From the NCBI GenBank assembly GCA_964016885.1, contig OZ024756.1, positions 62,001-126,000 of the forward strand: DNA of 64,000 nt. The letters run 5' to 3'. The DNA comes from Eledone cirrhosa (Eukaryota). The notes under the pieces are model-generated. The model worked only from the letters and a program-made list of their open reading frames with translations. It ran no database searches and was not told where the DNA came from. Each line of letters opens with the position of its first letter. Position 1 is the first letter of the stretch. This document shows, one piece after another, positions 53,667 through 64,000 of this stretch. Position numbers and translations under genes: made by a program.

Positions 53667-53932
53667 ATATATCATCAACATGCAATGGCTGGGCTGTCTT
53701 CCTTGACAGCAAGAGTTGGGTCATGAAAGACTCATGGGGTGAGTGGTGGGGGTGGTGGTGGTGCTGCTGACTGTCCCAGTACTCACAGGGAGGGGGGTGG
53801 TAGTGACCTCTTGGCTGGACCAGGGTCCCATATACATATATCATCATTCAATGTCGGACCAGAGGAGGAAGGTGGGCTGGGGGTGACTATGTAGGTTCCC
53901 CTCTCGCTGTGTATTTTAGTGGGACACCAGCT
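53667..53932 (-). other. Candidate exonic region with two consensus donors
   Basis: GC-richer unique sequence; acceptor cctccctag| at 53932, donors CCT|gtgagt (53787) and TAT|gtaagt (53667); frame SWCPTKIHSERGTYIVTPSPPSSSGPTLNDDICIWDPGPAKRSLPPPS. Confidence 0.3.
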
Positions 53933-54504
53933 CTAGGGAGGTTGTTATGCCTTTGACACAACTGAAGGGGTTTCTCAACCCCTTGTTTGGCAGGTTATCT
54001 ATAGTAGAGAGAGAGGGGGAAGAGAGAGAGGGGGGAGGAGAAAGAGAGGGGAGAGAAAGCAAAAAAGAGAGAGAGAGAAAAGGAGAGATGGGGGATGAGA
54101 GAAAGAGAGAGAGAGAGATGGGAGAGCACACCAGACAGAACATCGGTATTTAGAATGTGTCAAGTCTACTGAGTAACAATGACAAATAAGCCACACTGAT
54201 GTCATTTAAAAATTATTTTCACATTTAATAAAGGTCAGATAGAAATTCTAGAAAATAAATCTCACTTTGATGGCCTTGGCCTCCTCAGGTAAGTTAGGTT
54301 TCTACCTAGCCTCAGCCTCCTCAGGTAAGTTTCTACCTAGTCTCGACCTCCTCAGGTAAGTTTCTACCTCAGGTAAGTTATGTTTTTGCAATGTCTTTCC
54401 TTGATAATTTCACCAAGCTTCATCTATTTTAACGAATGTTTCAAAAAAATATTAAAAGACTGTAAAATGTCTTGACAACAATCTTCTTGTTCTTATATGT
54501 GACG

Positions 54505-54710
54505 ACATATCTCTGTGACAATAATTCTCCAGTGATACATCTCTGTGACAATTCTCCAGTGATACATCTCTGTGACAATTCTCCAGTGATATATCTCTGT
54601 GACAATTCTCCAGTGATATATCTCCGTGACACATTCTCCAGTAACACATCTCTGTGACACCTCAAGTGACACATTTCTGTGACATTTCTCCAGTGACACT
54701 TTCTCCAGTA
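54505..54710. repeat. 27-bp minisatellite
   Basis: ATCTCTGTGACAATTCTCCAGTGATAC. Confidence 0.9.
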
Positions 54711-54714
54711 ACAA

Positions 54715-54960
54715 ACTTCATTTCTTTGGCACAGAAGGTAACTCAATACTGTGTGTGCATGATAACTAAATGTATGTGTGTGTGTATGTGTGTTAGTAAA
54801 AAACATTGCAGAGAATAACAACAGTTTAGTAGTAAAATGCTTAAAAGAAGTTAGAAAAGTGTTAGTCTTTCATTTTTGTTTCAAGAGCTAGTCCTTCATC
54901 AGAAGGCAGACAGAGAGAAGAAAGATGACAAATGAGGTGAAAAGGTACACAGAGGAAAAA
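54715..54960 (-). mobile_element. Probable Penelope-like pLTR remnant with degenerate hammerhead
   Basis: Minus strand GCCTT-CTGATGA-AGGACTAGCTCTT-GAAA (54879-54907); downstream GTATTGAGTTAC motif near 54745. Confidence 0.45.
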
Positions 54961-55171
54961 GTTATATATATGTATATATATACATATATATATACACACA
55001 CATATATATATACATATATACACACACACACACATATATACATATATACACACACACACACACACACATATACATATATACACACACACATATATACATA
55101 TATACACACACACATATATACATATATACACACACACATATATACATATATATACACACACACACACACAC

Positions 55172-55231
<60 letters not shown>

Positions 55232-55657
55232 TACATATATATATTACGTATTTATGTTCATACACGGTACAAAGGTAATATCCAAAGTTTCAAGGCCAAA
55301 ATTTGACCATACCTCCAGAAAACAAAAAGCATTAAAATAGTGACTTTTCTTCAGGTGCTAATACAACTTTGTGTATATATATATAGTAATAATAATAAAT
55401 TTGAAGACTAAAATCCAAAGAGGGCTCGATAATGATAAATATATATCAGATATATAAGAACCGTAGAGCAAATATACTTATTCGTATAGGGAACGTTTCC
55501 ACGAACCAAAGTATCGTCTTCCTGTCTTCCTTCGGTTGCAACGTTTTTTGAAATATTTACTTCTGCGTTCACAGATTGACTTTTTTAGTTTCAGAAGATC
55601 CCGTAAAGGGTGAAAGCAACGATTCTTTGCTTAAACTTTAATCTGTTATTTTAATAA

Positions 55658-55689
<32 letters not shown>

Positions 55690-56399
55690 TGATTGTAGAG
55701 ACAAACTAAGAGATAGCAGCAGATATATATATATATAGTCGGTATTTATCAGGTTTCATGTTTACACGTTTCTATACAAAACCCAACTGTAGGTTGTCAT
55801 CTTCCTATCAAACTACTTTTGTTATGATACATAATTATATGAGGATATATCAATGTATGGCAACATGATGGATGGACCGATAGGTAGGTAGGTTGGTAGA
55901 TAGAGAAATAGATAGGTTGATAGGTAGATAGATAGAGCGATAAATAGATAGATAAATAGGTTGATAGGTAAATAGACAGGTAGATAGTTGGATAGATAGG
56001 TAGGGAGGTAGATAAAGCAATAGAGAGATACATAGATACATTTTTATATTAATCAAGATTTTTTTATGATGAAAGGTTTTTAAATAAATTGTAAAACAAG
56101 GTATTTTGTATCACAGAAGCAGGAATGGTTTCAGGTGGTTTGGTATCAAAAGAGATTCTAAACTACAATCTTTAGAAATATGGCAATATCAATAAGAAAT
56201 CCACACTACATAGAGTTGTTTGACCTGCAAGAAATAGAAGTCAAATCTTCCTCCAATCACAATATATAAAGACACATTAGATAATGTGGTCATTTTTATG
56301 AAACACGGCTGACCTGGGGTTAAACAACAGCATTACCAATGTACTATATAAAGATTTCACACTTGACTGACCAGCTGACTGAACGTAGGTTGGCCTCTC

Positions 56400-56652
56400 T
56401 GTGACGTGACGTAAGCCAGAAAAGAGTATTTTGCAAAGGACCAGCAGTCATTCATACATACACGTCTTCTCTCTCAATAACACAAATACACCTTGATGAC
56501 TGGCATTGCAATTCATTTTTGTTTTCCAGCTGACTGGACTGAAGCAATGTGAAATAAAGTGTCTTGCTCAAGGACACAATGAGTCACTTGGTCTGGTAAC
56601 CAAACTCACAGCCTTACAATTGTGAGTTAAGCAACCTAACTACTAAGCCACA
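56400..56652 (-). mobile_element. Old SINE S2-related copy
   Basis: gcaatgtgaaataaagtgtcttgctcaagga...tactaagcca. Confidence 0.7.
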
Positions 56653-57656
56653 TTGTGGTTGTAGTTGATATTGTTTATGTTGTTGTGGTTGTTGTTGTTA
56701 TTATTCAATGGTAGTTTAATCTAGTGAAATGTAAATGTTAAAGGGTTAATGTGGTTTGATGTGGTACAGGACGTTAAGAGTTAATTAAACTTCATGTAGT
56801 GAACTTAACTTTTAATCTATTTCATTAGAGTAAAGTCCATACATATTTACTTTTACTGACTTAAATATGGAATGTTACGCGATGGGGCCACCCCCACAGC
56901 CCTGGCGGACAGGATGGAGAAGGCATTTCCCCGGAAGACGGCAAGGGAGACACACTTGTATGGACCGAAAGAGGTGAGAAACATGAAGGAATGGTAAAGA
57001 CAGAGAAAGGAGCAGTGTAAAACATGGAGAGGTTGTGTCTTGCTGAGTACTTAGGGCACAGCTAAGCTATGGATTTATACTTCAAATAGTGGGAAAACGC
57101 TATTTTGCTCTGAATGGATGACCTTCCTATTATCACTCACTATAGTGTGGTTGGTGACAGGAAAGACATCTAGCTATAGAAAACTTTCCAAACAAAAAGC
57201 CGAGAGGACTCTTCTCTGGTGTCAAAGACATGACAAGTTCATACACACACATACGTAAGCTCACACACACAAGCTCATACACATACTTACACACACAAGC
57301 TCATCCAAACACATACACACAGACACAAGCTCATACACACACAAGTTCATACACATGTAAGCTCGCACACTTACACACAAGCTCGTACACATATGTAAGC
57401 TCATACACATACACATATGTAAGCGCATACACACACACAAACTCACAACATCCCCGGTGCCATGCCTCAATTTGTACAAGTGTGAGCTTTAACAACAAAT
57501 ACAATACCAGTCATATACTGAGGTCAACTGATCATTTTTTTGGGTCACAACTTCCAGGTCAGGGCGAAAGTTAAACTATATAGCACATGGCTGGGGTGGA
57601 GGGACTGGACATAACTGGGTCACATACATATATGTATATATATATGTATATACATT

Positions 57657-57688
<32 letters not shown>

Positions 57689-57825
57689 CATATATATATA
57701 TATGTGTGTATATACATATACATATACATATATATGTGTATATACATATATGTATATTAATATATATATATGCGTATATACATATACATATATATGTGTA
57801 TATACATATACATATATATGTGTAT

Positions 57826-58326
57826 CAACGTTTAACGTCCGTGTTCCACGCTTGCATGGGTTTGGACGGGGGTAGTCCCACTTGAGGCAAGAGTGATTGT
57901 CTTGCTCGCATAGGACTGTCTGGCGGGTTTTCTACAGTTGGATGCCCTTCCTAACACCAACCACATTTACAGTGTGGGTCTGGGAGGTTTTTACCGTGTT
58001 GCCTACACGGCCACATTACAGTGTGGACTGTGTTTTTTTTTGTCGTGACACCTACACAATCTCATTTGTTTCGGCCTGGATGGCGCTGCACCAACATAAC
58101 TTTACATAGAACGGGGTGGTGTGGATGGGGTGGTGGTGGTGGGACGGGGTGTATTTTGTTAGAGATGCCTACTGGCTGTAGTAGGTTTTACTATGTATTT
58201 AGGTAAGGCGGGTCTTCTCTGTTACTGAGTACCGCCAAAGGTCTCGGTCCAGTGACATTGTCTTGGAGAGGTGTAAGTGTGTGAGGTCGGAGTTTATTAG
58301 CTCGTCCCAGGTTTTTCTAGGTCTGC
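57826..58326 (-). mobile_element. RTE LINE 3' fragment (UTR type B)
   Basis: Reverse complement of 44437-44937. Confidence 0.93.
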
Positions 58327-58646
58327 ATTGGCCTTGCAATCGAAAGGTTGTGAGTTCAATTCTCAGACCGGGTGATGTGTTGTTTCCTTGAGCAAGACAC
58401 TTTATTTCACATTGCTCCAGTTTACTCAGCTGTAGAAATGAGGTGATAGGGACTGGGGTCCCTATCATTCCACTGCAAAGTGGTCGTGGAGGTGCCACGG
58501 CAAAAAAGCACCCAGCACTCACTGTAAATGAGGTTGGTGTTAGGAAGGGCATCCAGCTGTAGAAATCAAGCCAGCATCAGTTCCTGTCCCACCCTTGCAA
58601 GCAGGGAAAAAGCGGACGTAAAATGAAATGATGATGATGATGATGA
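58325..58646 (+). mobile_element. 5'-truncated SINE S2 fused head-to-head to the RTE fragment
   Basis: Junction ctaggtctGCattggccttgcaatcg. Confidence 0.9.
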
Positions 58647-58889
58647 TATATGTGTATATACATATATATAGATATATGTATATACATATATATATATGTA
58701 TATACATATATATAGATATACGTATATATATATGTATATATATAAATATAGATATACGTATATATGTATATACATATATATAGATATACATATATATGTA
58801 TATACATATATATGTATATACGTATATATGTATATACATATATATGTATATACATATATATATATATGTATATACATATATATATATAT

Positions 58890-59154
58890 ATCATCATCAT
58901 CATCAACGTTTAACGTCCGTGTTCCACGCTTGCATGGGTTTGGACGGGGGTAGTCCCACTTGAGGCAAGAGTAATTGTCTTGCTCGCATAGGACTGTCTG
59001 GCAGGTTTTCTACAGTTGGATGCCCTTCCTAACACCAACCACATTTACAGTGTGGGTCTGGGAGGTTTTTACCGTGTTGCCTACACGGCCACATTACAGC
59101 GTGGACTGTGTGTTTTTTTGTCGTGACACCTACACGATCTCATTTGTTTCGGCC
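58890..59154 (-). mobile_element. RTE LINE 3' UTR fragment (type B)
   Basis: Reverse complement of 44686-44943. Confidence 0.92.
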
Positions 59155-59214
59155 TATATACATATATATAGATATACGTATATACATATATATATGTATA
59201 TACATATATATGTA

Positions 59215-59245
<31 letters not shown>

Positions 59246-59311
59246 ATATGTATATACATATATATGTATATACATATATATATATATATATATATGTATA
59301 GGCTGAGTATT

Positions 59312-61035
59312 ATTTGTTGTTGGAGGTCTCTTTCAATACTCAGCCTCAACATTTGTTGGTGGAGGTCTCTTTCAATACTCAGCCTCAACATTTGTTGGTG
59401 TTGGTGGAGGTCTCTTTTAATACTCAGCCTCAACATTTGTTGTTGTTGGTGGAGGTCTCTTTTAATACTCAGCCTCAACATTTGTTGGTGTTGGTGGAGG
59501 TCTCTTTTAATACTCAGCCTCAACATTTGTTGTTGTTGTTGGAGGTCTCTTTCAATACTCAGCCTCAACATTTGTTGGTGTTGTTGGAGGTCTCTTTCAA
59601 TACTCAGCCTCAACATTTGTTGGTGTTGTTGGAGGTCTCTTTCAATACTCAGCCGCAACATTTGTTGGTGTTGTTGGAGGTCTCTTTCAATACTCAGCCT
59701 CAACATTTGTTGGTGTTGTTGGAGGTCTCTTTCAATACTCAGCCTCAACATTTGTTGGTGTTGTTGGAGGTCTCTTTCAATACTCAGCCTCAACATTTGT
59801 TGGTGTTGTTGGAGGTCTCTTTCAATACTCAGCCTCAACATTTGTTGGTGTTGGTGGAGGTCTCTTTTAATACTCAGCCTCAACATTTGTTGGTGTTGGT
59901 GGAGGTTTCTTTTAATACTCAGCCTCAACATTTGTTGGTGTTGTTGGAGGTCTCTTTTAATACTCAGCCTCAACATTTGTTGGTGTTGGTGGAGGTTTCT
60001 TTTAATACTCAGCCTCAACATTTGTTGGTGTTGTTGGAGGTCTCTTTCAATACTCAGCCTCAACATTTGTTGTTGTTGGTGGAGGTCTCTTTTAATACTC
60101 AGCCTCAACATTTGTTGTTGGTGGAGGTCTCTTTTAATACTCAGCCTCAACATTTGTTGGTGTTGTTGGAGGTCTCTTTCAATACTCAGCCTCAACATTT
60201 GTTGTTGTTGGAGGTCTCTTTCAATACTCAGCCTCAACATTTGTTGTTGTTGGAGGTCTCTTTTAATACTCAGCCTCAACATTTGTTGGTGTTGGTGGAG
60301 GTTTCTTTTAATACTCAGCCTCAACATTTGTTGGTGTTGGTGGAGGTCTCTTTTAATACTCAGCCTCAACATTTGTTGTTGTTGGAGGTCTCTTTTAATA
60401 CTCAGCCTCAACATTTGTTGGTGTTGGTGGAGGTTTCTTTTAATACTCAGCCTCAACATTTGTTGGTGTTGGTGGAGGTCTCTTTTAATACTCAGCCTCA
60501 ACATTTGTTGGTGTTGGTGGAGGTTTCTTTTAATACTCAGCCTCAACATTTGTTGGTGTTGTTGGAGGTCTCTTTCAATACTCAGCCTCAACATTTGTTG
60601 TTGTTGGAGGTCTCTTTCAATACTCAGCCTCAACATTTGTTGTTGTTGGTGGAGGTCTCTTTTAATACTCAGCCTCAATATTTGTTGTTGGTGGAGGTCT
60701 CTTTTAATACTCAGCCTCAACATTTGTTGGTGTTGTTGGAGGTCTCTTTCAATACTCAGCCTCAACATTTGTTGTTGTTGGAGGTCTCTTTCAATACTCA
60801 GCCTCAACATTTGTTGTTGTTGTTGGAGGTCTCTTTCAATACTCAGCCTCAACATTTGTTGTTGGTGGAGGTCTCTTTTAATACTCAGCCTCAACATTTG
60901 TTGGTGTTGGTGGAGGTCTCTTTCAATACTCAGCCTCAACATTTGTTGGTGTTGGTGGAGGTCTCTTTTAATACTCAGCCTCAACATTTGTTGGTGTTGG
61001 TGGAGGTCTCTTTTAATACTCAGCCTCAACATTTG
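59312..61035. repeat. About 45-bp minisatellite with 3-bp length variants
   Basis: TACTCAGCCTCAACATTTGTTGGTGTTGTTGGAGGTCTCTTTCAA; variable number of GTT/GGT triplets. Confidence 0.97.
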
Positions 61036-61039
61036 ACAA

Positions 61040-61680
61040 CCATGTCAGGTCACCAGTTGGTGCTACTGGTAACATGTATCCCAGTACAACCTGTCTCATG
61101 GTCGGGTCGTTGGCGACTAAACTGGCAACCCCACCAAGGTTTCTTGGTGAGGAGGGTGACTTTGGACATCCTGCAGGACTAAAAACAAAACCTGTCAAAG
61201 GGCAAAGGAGCTCTTAAGAGTCAATGGCCATCCAAAATCACCGGGAGAGATGACCCCTTTAGCCTTAGTCAAGGCAGAATTCTAGGAGAAGGAAAACTCT
61301 GATATAACACCTGCAACCCTGATGGTATCCAATGATGTTGACTTGTTCTTCTTTTTGGTAAATAGCATCTTGGTTAAGAGAGTGGGACTGGCTTTGTGCA
61401 GTGCCTTTGCTCACTATAAAAGCTTCACGGCACAGGCATTGCTTTATATCTGGAGATCTCTCTGCACTTGTCCTCACATGGGCCCAGCACTATGTGTCAA
61501 TGATTGTCCTACCATGGGCCTAGCACTATGTGTCAATGATTGTCACAGGTGTTGTGTTTGTACCAGAGGTTTCAAGTCGCTGGCTGGACTAAAAAGTCAC
61601 ACTCGTTCAGCGCTTCGGTAGGGGTTATCCTACATGGATGTAAGGTAGTGGCCGTACTCGAAAACGAGTTGGCAGCCACC
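61040..61680 (+). mobile_element. Probable internally deleted RTE-type element (5' UTR plus zinc-finger 3' end)
   Basis: CTAGGAGAAGGAAAACTCTG resembles RTE 5' UTRs (recalled); C-terminal CCVCTRGFKSLAGLKSHTR; ends gtggccgtactcgaaaacgagttggcagccacc then (TA)n. Confidence 0.5.
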
Positions 61681-61720
61681 ATATACATATATATGTATAT
61701 ACATATATATATATATATAT

Positions 61721-62822
61721 ACACCACCACTCCATACAACACCTCACCATAACACCATACAACACTCCACCACCACTACTCCATACAACACCCCACCACA
61801 ACACCATACAACACTCCACCACCACCCCACCATAACACCATACAACACTCCACCACCACCACTCCATACAACACCCCACCACAACACCATACACCACTCC
61901 ACCACCACCACTCCATACAACACCCCACCATAACACCATACAACACTCCACCACCACCACCACCACTCTATACAACACCCCACCATAACACCATACAACA
62001 CTCCACCACCACCACTCCATACAACACCCCACCACAACACCACACAACACTCCACCATCACCACTCCATACAACACCCCACCATAACACCATACAATACT
62101 CCACCACCACCACTCCATATAACACCCCCACCATAACACCATACAACACTCCACCACCACCACTCCATATAACACCCCCACCATAACACCATACAACACT
62201 CCACCACCACCACTCCATACAACACCCCACCATAACACCATACAACACCCCACCACAACACTACACAACACTCCACCACCACCACTCCATACAACACCCC
62301 ACCATAACACCATACAACACTCCACCACCACCACCACTCTATACAACACCCCACCATAACACCATACAACACCCCACCACAACACCACACAACACTCCAC
62401 CACCACCACTCCATACAACACCCCACCATACACCACTCCACCACCACCACCACCACTCCATATAACACCCCCACCATAACACCATACAACACCCCACCAC
62501 TCCACCACCACCACTCCATACAACACCCCACCATAACACCATACAACACTCCACCACCACCACTCCATACAACACCCCACCATAACACCATACAACACTC
62601 CGCCACCACCACCACTCCATATAACACCCCCACCATAACACCATACAACACTCCACCACCACCACTCCATACAACACCCCACCACTCCATACAACACCCC
62701 ACCATAACACCATACAACACTCCACCACCACCACTACATACAACACCCCACCATAACACCATACAACACTCCACCACCACCCCACCATACAACACTCCAT
62801 ACAACACCCCACCACCACCACC
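61721..62822. repeat. CAC-rich minisatellite
   Basis: ccaccaccactccatacaacaccccaccataacaccatacaacact units. Confidence 0.93.
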
Positions 62823-62914
62823 AGTAGTAACATCTCCTCCTTCCCTCCCCCCACCAAGCTGAGAGTTGAGTAAGAGGGAGTTTAACCCACATTGGTGTGT
62901 GACCTAGAAACACA

Positions 62915-62972
62915 GGAGAGAGAGTGGGTGAGAGAGTGACACAGTGAGAGAGAGAGTGGGTGAGACAGTGAC

Positions 62973-63014
<42 letters not shown>

Positions 63015-63320
63015 AGACAGTGACACGGTGAGTGAGAGAGAGAGAGAGATTGTGGGTGAGACAGTGGCACAGTGAGAGAGAGAGTGGGGGTGGGTTGAGA
63101 CAGTGACACAGTATGAGTGAGAGAGAGTGGGGGTGGGTTGAGACTGACACAGTATGGGTGAGAGAGAGAGTGGGGGTGGGTTGAGACTGACACAGTATGA
63201 GTGAGAGAGAGTGTGGGGGTGGGTTGAGAGAGAGAGAGAGAGAGTGGGGGTGGGTTGAGACAGAGAGAGAGAGTGGGGGTGGGTTGAGTCAGTGATACAG
63301 TATGAGAGAGAGAGAGGGGG
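62915..63320. repeat. GA-rich compound repeat
   Basis: gagagagtgggggtgggttgagacagtgacacagt units. Confidence 0.85.
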
Positions 63321-63429
63321 GAGGCTATAAAATAACTGGCAGGTTATTTAAAGAAAACGTCAGAAGCTGTCACAGATGTAATTTAGATGGTTTCACTAAA
63401 TATAGTTTGTTGTTGAGGGAATTGTCTGT

Positions 63430-63915
63430 TCTCCCAGTAACAGATGCAGTTAGTACTTTACTGCACAGCTGCCTCCCAACAACAGATGCAGCTAACACTA
63501 CTGCACAGTTGTCTCCCAACAACAGATGCAGCTAACACTACTGCACAGCTGTCTCCCATCAACATATTCAGCTAATACTTTATTGCACAGTTGTCTCCCA
63601 ACAACAGATGCAGGCTAATACTTTACTGCACAGCTGTCTCCCAGCAACAGATACAGCTAATACTTTACTGCACAGTTGTCTCCCAGCAGCAGATGCAGTT
63701 AATACTTTACTGCACAGTTGTCTCCCAACAACAGAAGCAGCTAACACTTTACTGCACAGCTGTCTCCCAGCAACAGATGCAGCTAATACTTTACTGCACA
63801 GTTGTCTCCCAGCAGCAGATGCAGTTAATACTTTACTGCACAGCTGTCTCCCAGCAACAGATGCAGCTAACACTTTACTGCACAGCTGTCTCCCAGCAAC
63901 AGATGCAGCTAATAC
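63430..63915. repeat. 48-bp minisatellite
   Basis: GTCTCCCAGCAACAGATGCAGCTAATACTTTACTGCACAGCT-based units. Confidence 0.9.
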
Positions 63916-64000
63916 TTTCATTACCATATTTCTAATGAAACTATGATTTTCAAATAATTATTTTAAAATAGTCTTGAATTTGAAGGGTTGTTGTAATATA

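Noticed and set aside
59108-61182. Three 620-640-aa ORFs
   Set aside because: Minisatellite with unit lengths that are multiples of 3, open on both strands, with no coding signature.

Overview
Repeat-saturated eukaryotic (animal) genomic DNA; the (TA)n/(CA)n landscape and the SINE/RTE repertoire suggest an octopus-like cephalopod (inference). There is no prokaryotic gene content, and nearly all long ORFs in the track are read-throughs of tandem repeats. Supported content: a 10.6-kb 50-bp satellite with higher-order repeats plus about a dozen minisatellites; two RTE-clade LINE copies and several RTE 3' tails; a full-length DD34D mariner; two L1/Tx1-type LINE fragments; two tRNA-derived SINE families, one sharing its tail with the RTE; TTAA/CCCT MITE-like elements; a Penelope-like GIY-YIG endonuclease fragment missed by the ORF track; and a few weak candidate host exons on the minus strand. 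Most interesting signal: a recurring architecture of DNA palindromes inside (TA)n tracts. The larger ones carry outward-facing minimal type-I hammerhead ribozyme motifs followed by AATAAA. Most have a one-sided tail with a TYGAGTRCY motif usually 22-25 nt beyond the arm end. The architecture is shared by several sequence-unrelated families and is linked to Penelope-like elements by the fragment at 35.5-36.6 kb. All folds and alignments were done by eye.
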